Made by a program: the position numbers and the translations under genes. This document shows positions 43,682 to 56,971 of a stretch of DNA of 64,000 nucleotides, in pieces. This stretch comes from Blastocladiella emersonii ATCC 22665 (taxonomy: Eukaryota; Fungi; Blastocladiomycota). The stretch spans positions 1,488,001 through 1,552,000 of the forward strand of contig JANHCV010000009.1 of assembly GCA_025594325.1 (NCBI GenBank), in the 5' to 3' direction. The stretch's first letter is position 1. Each line of letters starts with the position of its first letter. The notes below the pieces were generated by a model that saw only the letters and a list, made by a program, of their open reading frames with translations, ran no database searches and was not told the DNA's origin.

Positions 43682-44431
43682 TCAGGCCGAGCGGTCCTTG
43701 CCCTTGCCCTTGGCGGGACCGCGACGCGCGCGCTTGGTCGGCGAGGCCGGCGGGGTCGCCGAGTCGTTGTCGTCGGCCTTGTCGTCGTCTTGGGCGGCAG
43801 GGACGGCAGCGCCGGACTTGCCCTTGACGGCCGACGTGCGGGTACGCTTGGTGGGCGAGGCCGGAGGGGTCTTGACCGTCTTGTTCTTGTCGCGGCCCTT
43901 GGCCTTGGTGGCCATCTTGCGCGCGCGGCTTGACAACGACGACGGGCCCGACTTGCATTCGCTCTCCTCCTCGTTGGCGTCGACCTCCTCATTGGCCTCC
44001 GAGTCGACGACGATCTTGGTGATGTTCTTGTTCTTGGTCACGGCGGACGACGACGCGGGAACCACGGTCATGTCGGACTCGCTGCCGACGTCGTCCCACT
44101 CCTGCAGGTTGATGTCGAGCTCCTGGACGACGGCCGACGCCGCGGGTCCCGACGGCGTCGTGGCGCTGCCGGACGTGGTGCTGCCCGACGTGGTGCCGCC
44201 CGACGGCGCGTTGACGGATGCCGAGGTGGAAGTCGGCGAGCGGGTGGTGCACGCGGCCATGAGCAGGACGAGCGCAGCGGGCGCGGCCGCAGCGCCGGGA
44301 ACCATCTTGGCGGGCGACGAGGGACCGGCCGTGAACATGGGCGGACCGTTGGGGCCCTGCGAAGGAGGCGGAGCCGTCGCAGTGGCGACCGACCGCATCT
44401 CGGTGATGAAGAAGGCGACGGACGAGGACAT
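43682..44431 (-). CDS. Hypothetical low-complexity protein with acidic region and duplicated TPPASPTKR basic motifs
   Basis: Good codon bias within ORF 43682-44785; start codon uncertain. Confidence 0.5.
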   Translation of the reverse strand: MSSSVAFFITEMRSVATATAPPPSQGPNGPPMFTAGPSSPAKMVPGAAAAPAALVLLMAACTTRSPTSTSASVNAPSGGTTSGSTTSGSATTPSGPAASAVVQELDINLQEWDDVGSESDMTVVPASSSAVTKNKNITKIVVDSEANEEVDANEEESECKSGPSSLSSRARKMATKAKGRDKNKTVKTPPASPTKRTRTSAVKGKSGAAVPAAQDDDKADDNDSATPPASPTKRARRGPAKGKGKDRSA

Positions 44432-44907
44432 GGTGAAGTGGTCGTTGTTAGCCGCACCCTCGAAGCCGCAGAACAGCGGGCCAGAGACGAGCATGGTCTT
44501 GCCCGTCACCCACAGGCCCTTACTGCCATGCACACTGCACATCGATTCGTGAGTGAGAAGATTCGCAGAAGAGTCGAACAGCGGATCAGGACGTACCGGT
44601 TGGTCGGGATCACACAGCTCATGGACCACGAAGTGAACAGCCTCGAACTGTTGGGGACTAGGCAAAGCACAGTCCAGATTTACGTTGCAGGGGTCGGAAT
44701 GAAGTGAAAGCGAAAAACAACGGAACTCGTCGCGCGACGAAAATCGAAAACGGTCACTGAGCCACTCATGTGACCACAAGAGCAAGGTTGATGTGCCTGA
44801 TAGGTTTCAATTGCTCCCACAGAAACTCAGCTTCGCTAAAGCTACAGCTGAGAATTGTGTCGCGCAGGTCGACCCGCACGACGTAGTACGCCGTGTCGAG
44901 TACGATT

Positions 44908-44963
44908 TGCGGCTGACTACTTTCAATGCGGCTGACTACTTTCAATGCGGCTGACTACTTTCA
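44908..44963. repeat. 19-bp tandem repeat x3 (TGCGGCTGACTACTTTCAA)
   Basis: Seen directly. Confidence 0.9.
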
Positions 44964-45505
44964 GTACGATACAGCGGGCGCGTACACGCCTGACGCTGCT
45001 GACCCTTCTTTCTTATCGCCGGGGTAGGCTCAGTTAGCGGGCGTGATCCAGTCGTGGTCGTGGACCCCGGTGTTGTACTCACCGTCTGTTTTGGGGTTGC
45101 GTCGCACCGCTCTCGCCTTGCTGCGTGCATGTTGAGCTTTCTCCAGTCAATGTGTACGTCACGTCATGGCTAACCCTCAGTAATCACTTTGTAGACGCTA
45201 CCCATCGCCGAGAATAAAATCATTTCCTTGCGAACGACAACCGAGATCCATGACCTTGAACTACCTTGGTAATTGGGCGATTCACAAACTTTCAATGTTA
45301 TTGCGCTTCAAGAGAAAGAAAAAGACGGATCAAAGCGCGACAGTTCGGGCGGCCAGATTGAAGTCAGTTTGGGGAAACAGGGGGAACAGAGGGAACAGAG
45401 GACCTATATTTTGCTCCGGCTGCTTCATAATGATTTTTGCGCGACCTTGACTCTGCGTATGTTGTTGTTCGAAAGCGGTCGTACTGGTTGGCGACGGAGC
45501 TGCAG

Positions 45506-46643
45506 CAGAGCCCCACATTATAATGGTTGGCCAAGTCCATATTATATAATGTCTGGCATCCGGATAGTGTAGTTTAATGGCCGGCCAAAAATGGCCCCAA
45601 AAACGCGTGGAAACCGGTCACGTGTGTGGCGCAATGCAGAGCGGGACGCGTCGAGCTGCTCCCAAGCGTGAGATCAAGCAGGGGTTATGTCCGGAGGCAG
45701 CACGAGTGCGATGTGACGCGCTGAAGCGTGTCGTTACGCTGAGTACTGCACAAGATGCGGCCAGCAGACTGCGTTGGAAGCTTGGGCAAGTTGCACGCCT
45801 GTCGCGGTTCCAGGGCGGGAATCGTCGCGCATACCTTAGACTTGGAGCTGTCTTTGGCGCTCTTGATGTCCATGCTAGGTATGTGAGCGAATTGCGCTTA
45901 ACTCGTTTCGCAAGTCGCAGCGTGACTCGCTTACAGTTGGCCATCATGTTGATCATCACGCTCCGCACAGCGTTGAGTGTGCGCTATTCGCTGTCAGCGG
46001 GGTCCGAGACGATAGGAACGAGCTTGTACACTACCCGACATGTACGTTGCGCGATCGGGCGTTGAGCTGAGGGACACTTGTGCTTGATCCAGGCGAGCAC
46101 GCCTCGCTTGCCTTGCTAGTCCGCGCTAAGATGACGCTGCCGTTTGGTTGCACCGTCCGACTACATCCATGGGATCGACTTGTCCTCCTGCTAGATGTCA
46201 CTATGAGCGGTTCGCAGGTCCGTTCAGACGGAGCGGCCTGCTGAGATGGGAGTAGTAACTCGAGCTGATCGCAACAGCCAAGCTACTCTGAACTGAAGTG
46301 CAGGTCAATTGTTGAAGCTGCTCCAGGTCGCGCGTTCCCAAACGAAGCTTGCTGACGGCACTATTGATTGCTGCGACTTGAGTCGCATTCGGAGTGCGAG
46401 ACACGCGACGCGTCGTGCGAGACACTCGGGCGCCGCACGCGTGGGTGGCCCCAGAGTGACGCCACTTCGTTTCCAGCGACCAAAACTGAGCCACCGTGGC
46501 GCGAGACGGCCGTTTCCGCGCCTCAATGACGCACTTTACCCGGGTCCGACCAAAAACCTGGAAATAATGGATTTTAGTGGCCCAGGGCCGGATTAATGGA
46601 TATGCCGACATTAAAAGTGGATCCATTATAATGTGGGGCTCTG
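45506..46643. mobile_element. Non-autonomous hAT-type DNA transposon (1138 bp)
   Basis: 21-bp perfect TIRs CAGAGCCCCACATTATAATGG; 8-bp TSD AGCTGCAG at 45498-45505 and 46644-46651; no transposase ORF. Confidence 0.85.
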
Positions 46644-47033
46644 AGCTGCAGGCGGGGTCGGAGGGCGGTGGCTCAGCGGGTGGCTCAGCGGGTGGCGCAG
46701 CAGTGGGAGATACCAGCGACCAACCGCTCCACTGTCGCTGCGGCTTGCCGCGCACTCAAAGAAGTTCAAGTAGGTCGCCGCATCAAATAAGCAGTGTCAG
46801 AATTTTTATTACACCGGGCTGAGGCCAATGCGGGGAGTCGGGGACTTGGAATGAGAGCTAGACCAAGAGAGTTGGGGTCGGGGGCCAGAACTGCAGAAGA
46901 AGCTTGGTTCACGTGCAGGTTGATGTCTCTGATAGGTTTCAATTGCTCAAACAGAAACTCAGCTTCGCTAAAGCTACAGCTGAGAATAGAGACTAATCTA
47001 CGCGCAAAAAATGCCCTAATCATCGTTCTATTG

Positions 47034-47790
47034 CTATTTCTGTGGTTCGTCTATCCTGCATTGGCGCAACCGGCTTCTCCTCGCTGTTCGCGCGGTGGTG
47101 GCACGAAAGCATCTCAAAGTCCTCGGTGAGCGTCGGCTGCTCGATGGACCAATCCACAACGGACCATTCTCTGCGGCTTTCACGGAACGTGCGACATATT
47201 TTGGCGAGAAACGCAGGAATGCCGCGGTTGCGCGCGTCAACGCCAGCCTAGACAAGACAACGCGGCCGTCTGGCAATTGGGTCGAGTGCATGGCCACGTC
47301 GACGTTTCCGATCGCCTTGTCGAGGTCAAACTCTAGCGTAAGAGAGCAGCCGAGGTTCTGCATGACGCGAACGGCGCGGCGCGCGGGATACGCGGCGGCC
47401 ACGGCCGCGGCCACGACGGCCGTCTTGGCCGGATCGGATACGAGCACCGATGTCTTGTATGAGGTGCCATACAGCACATCGAGCTGTTGCGGCGGGCCGT
47501 AGCATACGAACGAGTCGTTGATCATCACACCGATGTTGTCGGCCAAAAGCTCGCACTCGGTCGTGTTGCGGCTTGCCAGGATAATAGTCGTGTGCTGTTT
47601 GAGCGCGCGTATAGAGTTCCAGATGGCTTGCTTTGCTTCAAACTCAAGCGACGGCGTGGGTTCATCACGAAATATCACAAGCGGGCGACCAAGACACGCA
47701 ATGGGAATTGAGAGACGGCGCCGGTTTTCAGCACTCAGCTGCATGCCCGCATCAAGGCCACACTCGCCGTGCAGGGACTCGGGTCGACTG
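47034..47790 (-). pseudogene. Degenerate ABCA-type nucleotide-binding domain fragment
   Basis: LSAENRRRLSIPIACLGRPLVIFRDEPT..EAKQAIW..TTIILAS..ECELLADNIGVM; signature and Walker B are altered, no Walker A. Confidence 0.7.
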
Positions 47791-48635
47791 TTTACCTTGC
47801 GGCCATGTTTGCAAAACCGGCAGTGATCCAGCAGCAGATCGGCCTGTGTCCGCAGGACGACCTTCTGTGGCCAAACTTGACGTGCCTCGAACACTTGCGA
47901 TTCTTTGCCGCGATTCGTGGCGTGTGCGTCACCGCGGGCCCGCTAACCGACCTTGAGGCGTACCTGCTACAGCTTCTGCAGGACCTTGAACTCAAGTCGC
48001 ACGCGCACGAGCGCGTCACCAAACTGTCGGGCGGCATGAAGCGCAAGCTTTCGCTTGCCATCGCGCTACTCGGTTCGCCTCCGCTGCTTGTTCTGGACGA
48101 AGTCATGGAAACGGACGATCCTGACTCGCGCCGTCACATTTGCCGAGTGGTTCACGAAATGCGCGCGTTCTCGACCATCCTCCTCACATCTCACCCGCTT
48201 GAGGGTGTCGATGCCCTGGCGGACACGGTCGCCATCATGGCCAAGGGCGAGCTGCGCATCATCGGCTCGCCGCTGTACCTCAAGCGCAAGCTCAAGTCCG
48301 GGTACCGGTTTACGGCCCAGCGAGCGCCAGGAAACGCGGGCAAAATATTTGACCCGGACCGCATACTTGCCGTAATCAAGACGACGTTTTCAGGCGCGAC
48401 CATACAGACGGCTTCGACAGATCTCGCGGTCTTGACGCTTCCAAGCGCGGCGGACGGGGAGAGCGGCGACGCAACCATAAACAGAATCACCGAGATGTTT
48501 GAAAATTGGGATACTCTCAACGCCGATCACGAGCTTGGCGTCGCGAAAATCGGGTTTGGCATGCCGACGCTCGAGGAGGGTCTCCTCAAGCTCAACAAGA
48601 GGTGGGAGGCGGCGGGAGCCCCGCTGCTGCGATAG
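47790..48635 (+). pseudogene. ABCA-type nucleotide-binding domain fragment lacking Walker A
   Basis: IGLCPQDDLLWPNLTCLEHL, LSGGMKRKLSLAIALLG, LVLDE, LLTSH, IGSPLYLK. Confidence 0.75.
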
Positions 48636-48986
48636 TTTTGGTTAATACATCCTTGTCCAATTTCGTCAATACATTTTTCTGGTAACAGATGGAGTGAAAT
48701 TCCTCTGCTTCTCTTGTGCAGCAACCCGTCGTCGGCATGAACCACATCACGCGTTGCGCCACCCACGTGATCGCGGTCATCACATTTTTCGACGCCCAAC
48801 GTCCGTGCTGCGACCATAGCTCAGAGCGCGTTGGCATCGGAGCTGATAAATCGGCAATTGAGTAAGTCTAGTTACCAGCTGTTCGACTCTGGGCGCAAAT
48901 GAAATTGGTGACAAGATAGATTGAAGAACAACAGAAAACGGCAGCGGGAAACGTATTCAAAGTGAGCAAGGCGTCAGGAGCGCGCC

Positions 48987-50762
48987 TTAGAAAAAGTAAT
49001 TGCCCAGGCCCATGAACGGATTGAAACTTCCCATGCCCATGAACGAGTTCATGTTGGCCACGCCTTTGAACGTTGAAGGCCCAGCAGCACGGAGGGCGGC
49101 CTCGCCAGCAGCACCGATGGGGTTGAAGTCCAGGTCGAGGCGAACGAGCCCAGTTGGGAGATGTGCCGCCAGTGCGATCGCGCCCTCGTCGGTTAATTCG
49201 TTGCTTGAAAGCACCAACTCGAGCAAGGTGGCGGGAAGACGCGGTGCAAGGTGGCAGACGGCTTTGTCCGTGAGGCGCGTGCTGTTGAGTTTGAGAATCT
49301 GCAGGCCAGGTGGCATCCGCTTGGCAAGCAGCCGGGCTTCCTTGACGTTGATGGGCGAGCTCGTCAGGACAAGCGTGTGCAGCGAATCGGGTAGATCTTG
49401 GACGAGACGCGCTAACGAGCCGTGCGCGAAGTCTACGTGCAGGAACTCGAGAACTTTGAATCCAGCGGAAAGCGCCGTTGAGAGCGCGTCAACGGCTGCA
49501 AGTTCGAGTTGGCCGGAGCTCATGCGAAGAGTCTTGAGAGAGTCTGGAAGCGAGGCAAATAGTTGCGCGAAGTTGGCCGGGGACATTTGTACGTCCGAAA
49601 GTCGCAGCGCTTGGAGTCGAGTGGACTCAAGGGCAGCTGCCAGGGCCTCTGTCCCGCGATCGCCAAGCGTCGTGACGTAGAAATAGAGCTCGACAAGGGA
49701 ATAAGGGAATGTCCAAGAGTCAAGCTTGGGGTCAATGTCGTCCAAGTCGGTTTCGGATATAAGCAGGTGCTCGAGCGCTCGCGGGAGATGTGGTCCCATT
49801 CTAGCGAGCGTGGGACCACTCACCGTGTTTCCATTTAACGAAAGCGACTTGAGGCCAGCTGGGAGCGAGCGGGCGAACGCCAAAGCTGAGTCTTTATCCA
49901 GTCAAACATTGTCAAGGATGAAATCGGACAGGTTACCTGGGAGTCGAGCAAGGAGGCAAGGTACAGCTTGGGCTGGTACCGTGGTACTTCCCAGCCGAAA
50001 CTCTTCGAGGCGTGGCGGCCAGTCCACGGAGCGCGAAAGGTCAGCAAGCTCGATGTTGCCGAGCCAAAGTCGCTCGAACCATACCGACTTGACAGTGGCC
50101 GGTAGTTTGAGGGCGAGCAGACGCGCAAGATCGACCGTGCTTTCGCTGATTAAGATCGACTCGACTGTCTGTGCGGGGCTCGTCATGGCAGTGTTCAGGG
50201 CCGTAATGCCGGCCAATGAGACTGCGTGGCAGGTAAGTCGGAGCTCGCGGACCCGACCCGCGGCAACGCCGTCGCACAGGGCAAGTGTCATTTCGTCAAG
50301 TGGTATGGTGAGCGACCCACTCGGATTATAACTCAGCTCGTCCTCGACTGGTGGGCAAAGACCTAGGGCGAGGAACAAGTCCCAATCAAATGGATGTTGG
50401 TCGTAAAGCGCCTCGGACAATTTCTCCAGCTCGAGCACTCCCGAATCGCGCCACCACTCGACCGTCGCGAGGCAACGACCGCGGTAGACATCGGAAAGCG
50501 CTTCGAGCGAGCATTGGTGGAGCGGGAGCCCAAACGACGATCACTTGTTGAGGACGACGACGTCGCCTCGCGCGGTTGCGGCATCCAATGAAAGTCGCGA
50601 GCAACGCTGAAGAATAGCGGGCTGCACGCTGGGAATGTGGTGCTGCAGCATCACGCGCGAGTACTGCATGAGGCCGGCCAGGTCGTCTGGGTCGTCGTGC
50701 AGCTCAACCGCGTAGCAAAGGATGCGGTCAAGTATATGGGGTGCATGAATAGCGAGGAGCAT
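48987..50762 (-). pseudogene. RNI-like LRR gene with two in-frame TGA stops
   Basis: ORFs 50541-50762, 49902-50438 and 48987-49883 are in one frame; LxxLxLxxNxIxxxG repeats. Confidence 0.75.
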
Positions 50763-51399
50763 TCTGCATGGAGTTAACGTTGCATCGAGGGGGTGTTTAA
50801 TCCATGGAATGCTATTCTACTCAGGCACGGGGGAAGCGGGATACACGCGACATACAGCGACAGGATGGTATTGCAGGGGAAATCAACCAGTGTATCAAAC
50901 AGGAACAGCTTCATTCATCCTTGAACAGGAACCGAGCGCGAGGGTCCGCCGCGCGTTAGGCCGCGGCGGAGGCGTGGGAGGCGGCGTCGGTGGGTGGCGT
51001 GATCCACACCTGACCTCGACGCGTGCGTGTCTCGCATGTCTCGCACGCACCCCCCACTACAGCATGGAACGGAAAGGGGGCGAAGGGAAGCGGGCAACGA
51101 GTGGTTTCACGGCGCCACAAGCCGACCGTTACGCCACCTCCTGCCAGACCACGCGATGCACATCGCCCGCTGCATCACCCAAGAGCCGACGACTTCTCTC
51201 CCCGCCCGGAAGACCAGTCTCACCACCACGAAGCTAATGAAGGACAAGTCTTCTGGGTCACTGCGCAAAGTGCGCTGTAATCCTGGCGCCGCTGCCACCC
51301 ACGGCGATCCGTCGCCTTGTCCGTTCCGCCACTGTTAACGATGCGGCTGCCGGTTCCCTCAGTCGATATGGCGCCGGTGACGCAGAAAAGCGCCACGCT

Positions 51400-53345
51400 C
51401 GCGTTCGATGGCGAGATGGACGCGTTCCTACCACATGGCCGGTCGCTCGCGCGCGATCTTGGTCAGCGAGGTCGAGTGTAAGTACAGCACTGCCAAACTC
51501 GTCTTCATGTCGCACGACACGCATTTCGAGGTGCTCGCGCGCATTTTTCTCGTACTAGACGCCGTGGCGCAGACTGAGCTCACCGACCGCGCCTGGAGAA
51601 GCCCATGATGCTGCTTCTGTTCGCCGGTCCGCGCCTCAGGTACCATCCTGCGCGTTGCCCTTGGGACGCTGCTCGAATTCGCTTCACACACCACCTCGTG
51701 CCCGCTCTCCACCGCCAGGCGCGCACCGCCAAAACCGCCCGCTTCGCGCACTAGGACGCGCAAGGGTACCAACTGATCGGCATCGCGGCGCAGTCCAAGT
51801 TGGACGTGCCGTACCACAGCGCGCTCGACTTCGCCGACCCGCTCCGTGCACACGTGCCCGAGTGGCTCGCCGCGTGCCGCGTGCCGCGCCGCAAGCACCT
51901 GAATTGTTCTCGCACGCTGGGCGATGGTCCGCGTGCATCAGGCCGTCGCCTTCAACCTCGCGTGAAAGCTTGTCTTGTCGTGCCGACGGTCGTGTGTACG
52001 CTGCGGCGTTCGGCGCGTTTCCCTATCCGGCCATCCAGCTCCTCTTCCTCAAAATGTCCATGGATCTCCGCGCCACCACGCTGTTCGCGCGCGATTATAT
52101 GCCCTTGGGCGTCGTTGTCGACTGCATCGCACGACGTCATGTTCGACGAGTCCCTTGCACGCCAGATAGTTGGGGCCGCGGCCCTCTACCTGCCACGGTC
52201 CTTGCCGCGTTTCGCATCAGCACGTGTGCATTGGCGAGGATCAAGGCCAGGTTATATAATCTGACGCAAACAAACGCTTCAAGCCGAGTTTATTCTGATC
52301 AGGCACAATCCAAACCCAAAACGCCGCTTATTGTCGCCATACTTGACATTCAGTCCAAAAGCAGGGAAAGGCGGTAGCAGTAGAGCCCGCTTCGGCTGAG
52401 CGCCTTCCGCGAGAATCGCAAGAAGCGTCTCCTTGGACTGCGAGCGTAGTTTTGAAAGCTGAGCGGTGCTTGCTGGTTCCAAACTCGCGGTCGGAGCGGT
52501 CGCCGAGGTGAGCACGCTGCAGCTCAAGTCATAATACTCGCGGGTCGCGCCTGCATACGCGTCTGGGGAGCTGAGATCGCAAGGAGTGTTCGGATCGAGG
52601 TCGCCACCTCCGCCCGCGCGCAGCCACCATCGCGTGACTGGCGAATGTCGTCAACATCGAGGCTCCCTCGCCTACGCTTTCGCTCCCGGCTCAGTTAACA
52701 AGCCGCACTACCATGAAGCAGAAGAAGGGCAATTCGCCCCAGACTTTGCGCAAGGCGCCCGGCGGGGCCGTCGCCGCTGCCATCCACGACGATCCGTCGC
52801 CCTGGCCGTCCCCATCGCTCCGCCCCCTCGACCGACGTGCCGTCAGCGACGCAGACGAGCGCGACGCTTGAGCTCGACGGCAAGACGGACTCGTGCCTGC
52901 CGGACGGCCGGTCGTTCTTGCGCAAACGGTTCTTCTTCCACGACCCGTGCAAGATCAAGCGGCTCGACGCGCTCGCCTTCGAAAGCGCAAGTAGGGCACC
53001 GCCAACCTCGACTTGGTGCTCAACGACACGCACTTCGAAGTGCTCGCACACAACCTGCCCATCCTGTGCGCTGTGGCGCAGACCAAGCTCACCAACAGCG
53101 CCGCCGCCACGACGCTAACGCGGCTTATCGGTCAGCTCACCTACTCGCAGTTAGTCAACGTGGCGACAAGCGGTCTCTGGACCGGCCAGATGCGCCCGTG
53201 CCTCGACGCCGACCGGACCGCGCCTGACGCCCAGGGCCGCGCCCTCAACGACGCGACGCAACGCGGCTTATTCGCGTATTGGGAGTCGTGGGATGCTTTC
53301 ACATGCCTATCAAGTTTGCCAATGAGCGCGACGCCTTCTACCTGA
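51400..53345 (+). pseudogene. Two degenerate copies of an unknown gene family (~51400-51610 and ~52840-53345)
   Basis: Shared fragments DG..D..LP.GRS and DTHFEVLA....L.AVAQT.LT. Confidence 0.4.
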
Positions 53346-55702
53346 CAGCGCGCACCCAGAATGGCTCCAGCTGTAAGCCAACATTGCCTTCAACTTTACC
53401 TTGGGCATCGCGCGACTTGTAGTCGGCCCCCTTTATACTCGCTTCAGCGCGTCAGGCGCGTCACTCTCCCTTCTCGCTTCGTTCATCCCACGCGGCGAAC
53501 GCAAAGGTCATCTCGCCCTGCACCGCTCGAAGTGGGACGAGAAGAGCGTCACGGATGGACGGGTGTGGGATGATGTATTTCTACGAGGCACGATCGACTA
53601 CTGACAGTCACAGGCCGGCTGGAACTTGGGCTCTTCTCGAGCTTGCATGAATCGAGACCGGTAGCAGCGGATCGACTTGGGCGCGGTGCGGCGGCCGCGC
53701 CCGGCTTGAGCGTGACCGACCGCGACAGCAGGTTCATGTCGGCGGCGAGAAACGTGATGCGGAATGCCGGCGATCTGCATGTACTGGCGGTGGTGGAAGT
53801 TGGTCCCGAGGTTGTGTCGCCGCCGTTCTTGGGCTCGATGATCCGCTTGATCGGCACGTACAGGCACTTGAGCTTCTTGAGGGCGTCGTCGGTCACGGCG
53901 AGCGGAACGATGAGCGCAGTTTGACTTGACTCGGTGGCACCACGACACGATCTGGTAGCGGCACGCGTCGCGGAACCTTGGAGGAGATGGATCTACGGGT
54001 GAGAGGGAGAGCGCGTGAGTTGTCCTGATCGCGGCGGCGGCGGCGGTTGCAGGTCAGAGATGCGGTACCTCGAACACGCCTTGAACTTGAACGCGACCAT
54101 GGGGGGCCGAAGTTGACCTGGCGGCCGCCGCCGCACGACGCGAAACTGCCGCGCGGCCGGACCGGTTGCGCGCATCACGTCGTAGTAGAGTAGTGGATGG
54201 GGACGAATGCGATGCGATCTACACACACGACGGGCGAGAATCGTGCGTCAGTAGGCGATCATCACAAAGACGAGCATCGGCGCCGCCGTACCTGCTGCTT
54301 CCCGCGATCGAGAGCCTCGCGTTGCGATTGAACTTGAACTTGGTGGTGGGTGGGGTAACCGGCGTACGGGGGTGCCCCCGGTGCAGCGCGGGCGGCGTTT
54401 CTGTACGACGGGTAGTGTTTTGGATCGGGTCCAGCCGCTCCGCCCAACAGACGCAAATGTCCATGGGCCACTGCCCGCCACCTACTCGGCCGCCACACCG
54501 TTTGCCTCCCTTCATTAGCCCCTCCGCAACGGTCGAGACCCCCACCAGCCGCGCCACACACGGGCCCGCAGCAGCATACGTCGGGGCGAACGAGCGTATG
54601 ATGGGGGAGGTGTGGGCGGTGCTTACGCTTCCTTACGGCGAGGGCTCGTGCCGCAAAGGGCGTGCCGAGGGAGAGAACTAGGCCAGGAGGGTACTAGGCC
54701 CGCACCGGGGGGCATCTACACGAGGGAGAGCGAGGGGCGGTCGCGCCACGCGGCAGCGTACCAGGATACCTCACGACCGACGACACCTTGAGAACGAGCG
54801 GATCGGGCTGCGGTTGTCGAGTGACGTGTAGTCGTGCGCCGCGCCGCGGTAGGCGGCCGAGCGCGGGGTTTCGGATGGTTGTCATGTTGCATTGCATGTG
54901 GTGGGTGGTGGTGGAGAGAGAGAGACTGCACGGCGGCGCAGGGCGTGCGGAGAAGGGGAAGGGGCGCGGGTGGGAGGGTGCGTGCGCGAGGGCAGGCGCC
55001 TGCCGTCGCTGCAAGTCTCCGTGAAGTTGCAGCAGGTGCAAGCGAGTCAGGTGCGATACATTTGCAGCAAAAATATAAAAGAAAAACGACTTGCCGCGTG
55101 GCGCGAGAATCGCTTCGGGAGAGGAGACACGCGACGCGTCGCGCTCAGGTCGGGTGACTTTCGCGTGATCGGTGCGAGGCACGCATTAATAAATTAATCA
55201 CCGCGGGGAGACAATCAGCGACAGTTTGATTTCAGCCCTTGCCGCTCAAATGGATCACCCTCAACCACCGGTTACAAGATGATGATGGCCGCGTCCATGG
55301 CTAGCAGCCCAGCTACTGCGGCATGCGGAACACCGCCGCTGCCGCTCAAGCATGTTTGAATGCCGCATTAGTCCCATTTTCGGGCTCGGAATCATCCTTG
55401 GAATGGAAACATGGAAACATGATCTCGCTGACCCGCGCCGCCGACCCGCGCCGAACACGCGCACGTGGGCCCGGCTGACCGAACCGAGTGGTGCTCGTCG
55501 TCGTGGCGGCAAGCCTGGTCGTCGTCGCCTTCCTCCGCTGCCATGTAATAACACGCCATAAAACCATGAAATACTCCATGCAATCTGACCGGCGATCATC
55601 TACCATGCGGCTGCCGAGCCTCATCAACCTTCCGCGCGAGCTCGCCGCCATGCCACACTGTGAGCCAACTCGCGCAGCTTCGCCTTGACTTGGCTGTTGG
55701 TG

Positions 55703-55773
55703 CTCGCTTCTCTCTTCTCGCTTCTCGCTTCTCGCTTCTCGCTTCTCGCTTCTCGCTTCTCGCTTCTCGCTTC
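55703..55773. repeat. (CTTCTCG)n heptanucleotide microsatellite
   Basis: About 9 units seen directly. Confidence 0.9.
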
Positions 55774-56499
55774 TAGCGCCACGTACACAATGACAGCCAA
55801 CCCCGCACTTTCTCTTCTCTTCTTCTCCTCTCCTCCTGGACAATCGGCTTGATCGCTAGTCTTGACGATAGTCCCGATCTCACCCGCAGCGTTTGTTTGG
55901 TCCACGACTTTGCGCGCGCTTGACACGCTCGGCTCCTCCTGCAGAAACCGCCCGAACCCCATGTGCCCGAGGGCAACGCGGACTTTGGCTTGTTATGGCT
56001 TGGTCGCGGCCGTTGCTCGCGCGGATACCGCCAACCCGAGCCAGTTTCACCGGCACCCGCTCGCGGTCGCCGCCCCCTCTTGCACTGCATGCGGGCGCAC
56101 AACCGGGCGCGTTGCTTTCTTAGAGGAGCTCATCGCGCACATCAAGTCGGCGTGGCCGCAGCGCAGCTTCTTACTCTAACTCCCAGCTGGCCCGAGTGGT
56201 TGAATCTGGTACCCGTTCATGGACCTCTTGCAGCTCACGTTCAAATTGGTCAATACCAAAGGATAAACTTGCGGACGTGTTCCGGCGACCCAATATTGGA
56301 TGCCGCGCGCCTCATGGACGTGCTTGCGTTCATCGCGATCGTGTACTGGTAGCACGACTCGCTTCGGCTGGTCCAACGTTCAGCGAGGGCCTACCACTCC
56401 TGCCACTGCGTTGGGCAGAAATCGCCACTCGCGATCCGGCCGCGCTCGCGCTTCTCGTCACGCGGCTCCCCCAGGCAAGTTGTGGCCCGGCAGCAAGGA

Positions 56500-56971
56500 G
56501 TAGGTCCAGGCGTTCCAGTGCGGGCCCGCGCTGCTCGCGGAGATCCACGCGCTCGCCGTGCATCCGCATAACCGCGTCCAGCTCGTCATGCACCGGTACC
56601 TCGCGCCCGCCTCGCCCGTCTTCAGCCTCTGGCCGCTTGCCGCCAACGTCGCCGACTACTCGAACGTGTACACGCCCTTCAACCTCAGCGTCACATCGGC
56701 GCAGTACGCGGGCTTCGCGGCGGTCCTGCGCGTCGCGTCGGTCGAGATCTCGCAGGGCATCAGCAACGTGGCCAAGCGGTTGCCAAAGGGTGCCCACTTC
56801 ACCCTCGGCCAGTCGCTCAACGTGACGACCGCAGTCGGCTCGTTCTTCGAGGCCGTGTGGTCGGGCACCCGCATCATCAAGCTGGTCGCCGCCGAGTCGG
56901 GCAAGATCACGGCCGTGATCTTGTTCAACTGCCTGGCCGTGATCCCGCCCACGGCCGCGTCGCGCGGGTAG
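56500..56971 (+). CDS. Hypothetical protein exon or fragment
   Basis: Strong host codon bias in ORF 56558-56971; no family recognised. Confidence 0.35.

Noticed and set aside
45618-45968. Transposase remnant inside the hAT MITE
   Set aside because: Only a vague resemblance to the hAT dimerisation motif; no supportable alignment.
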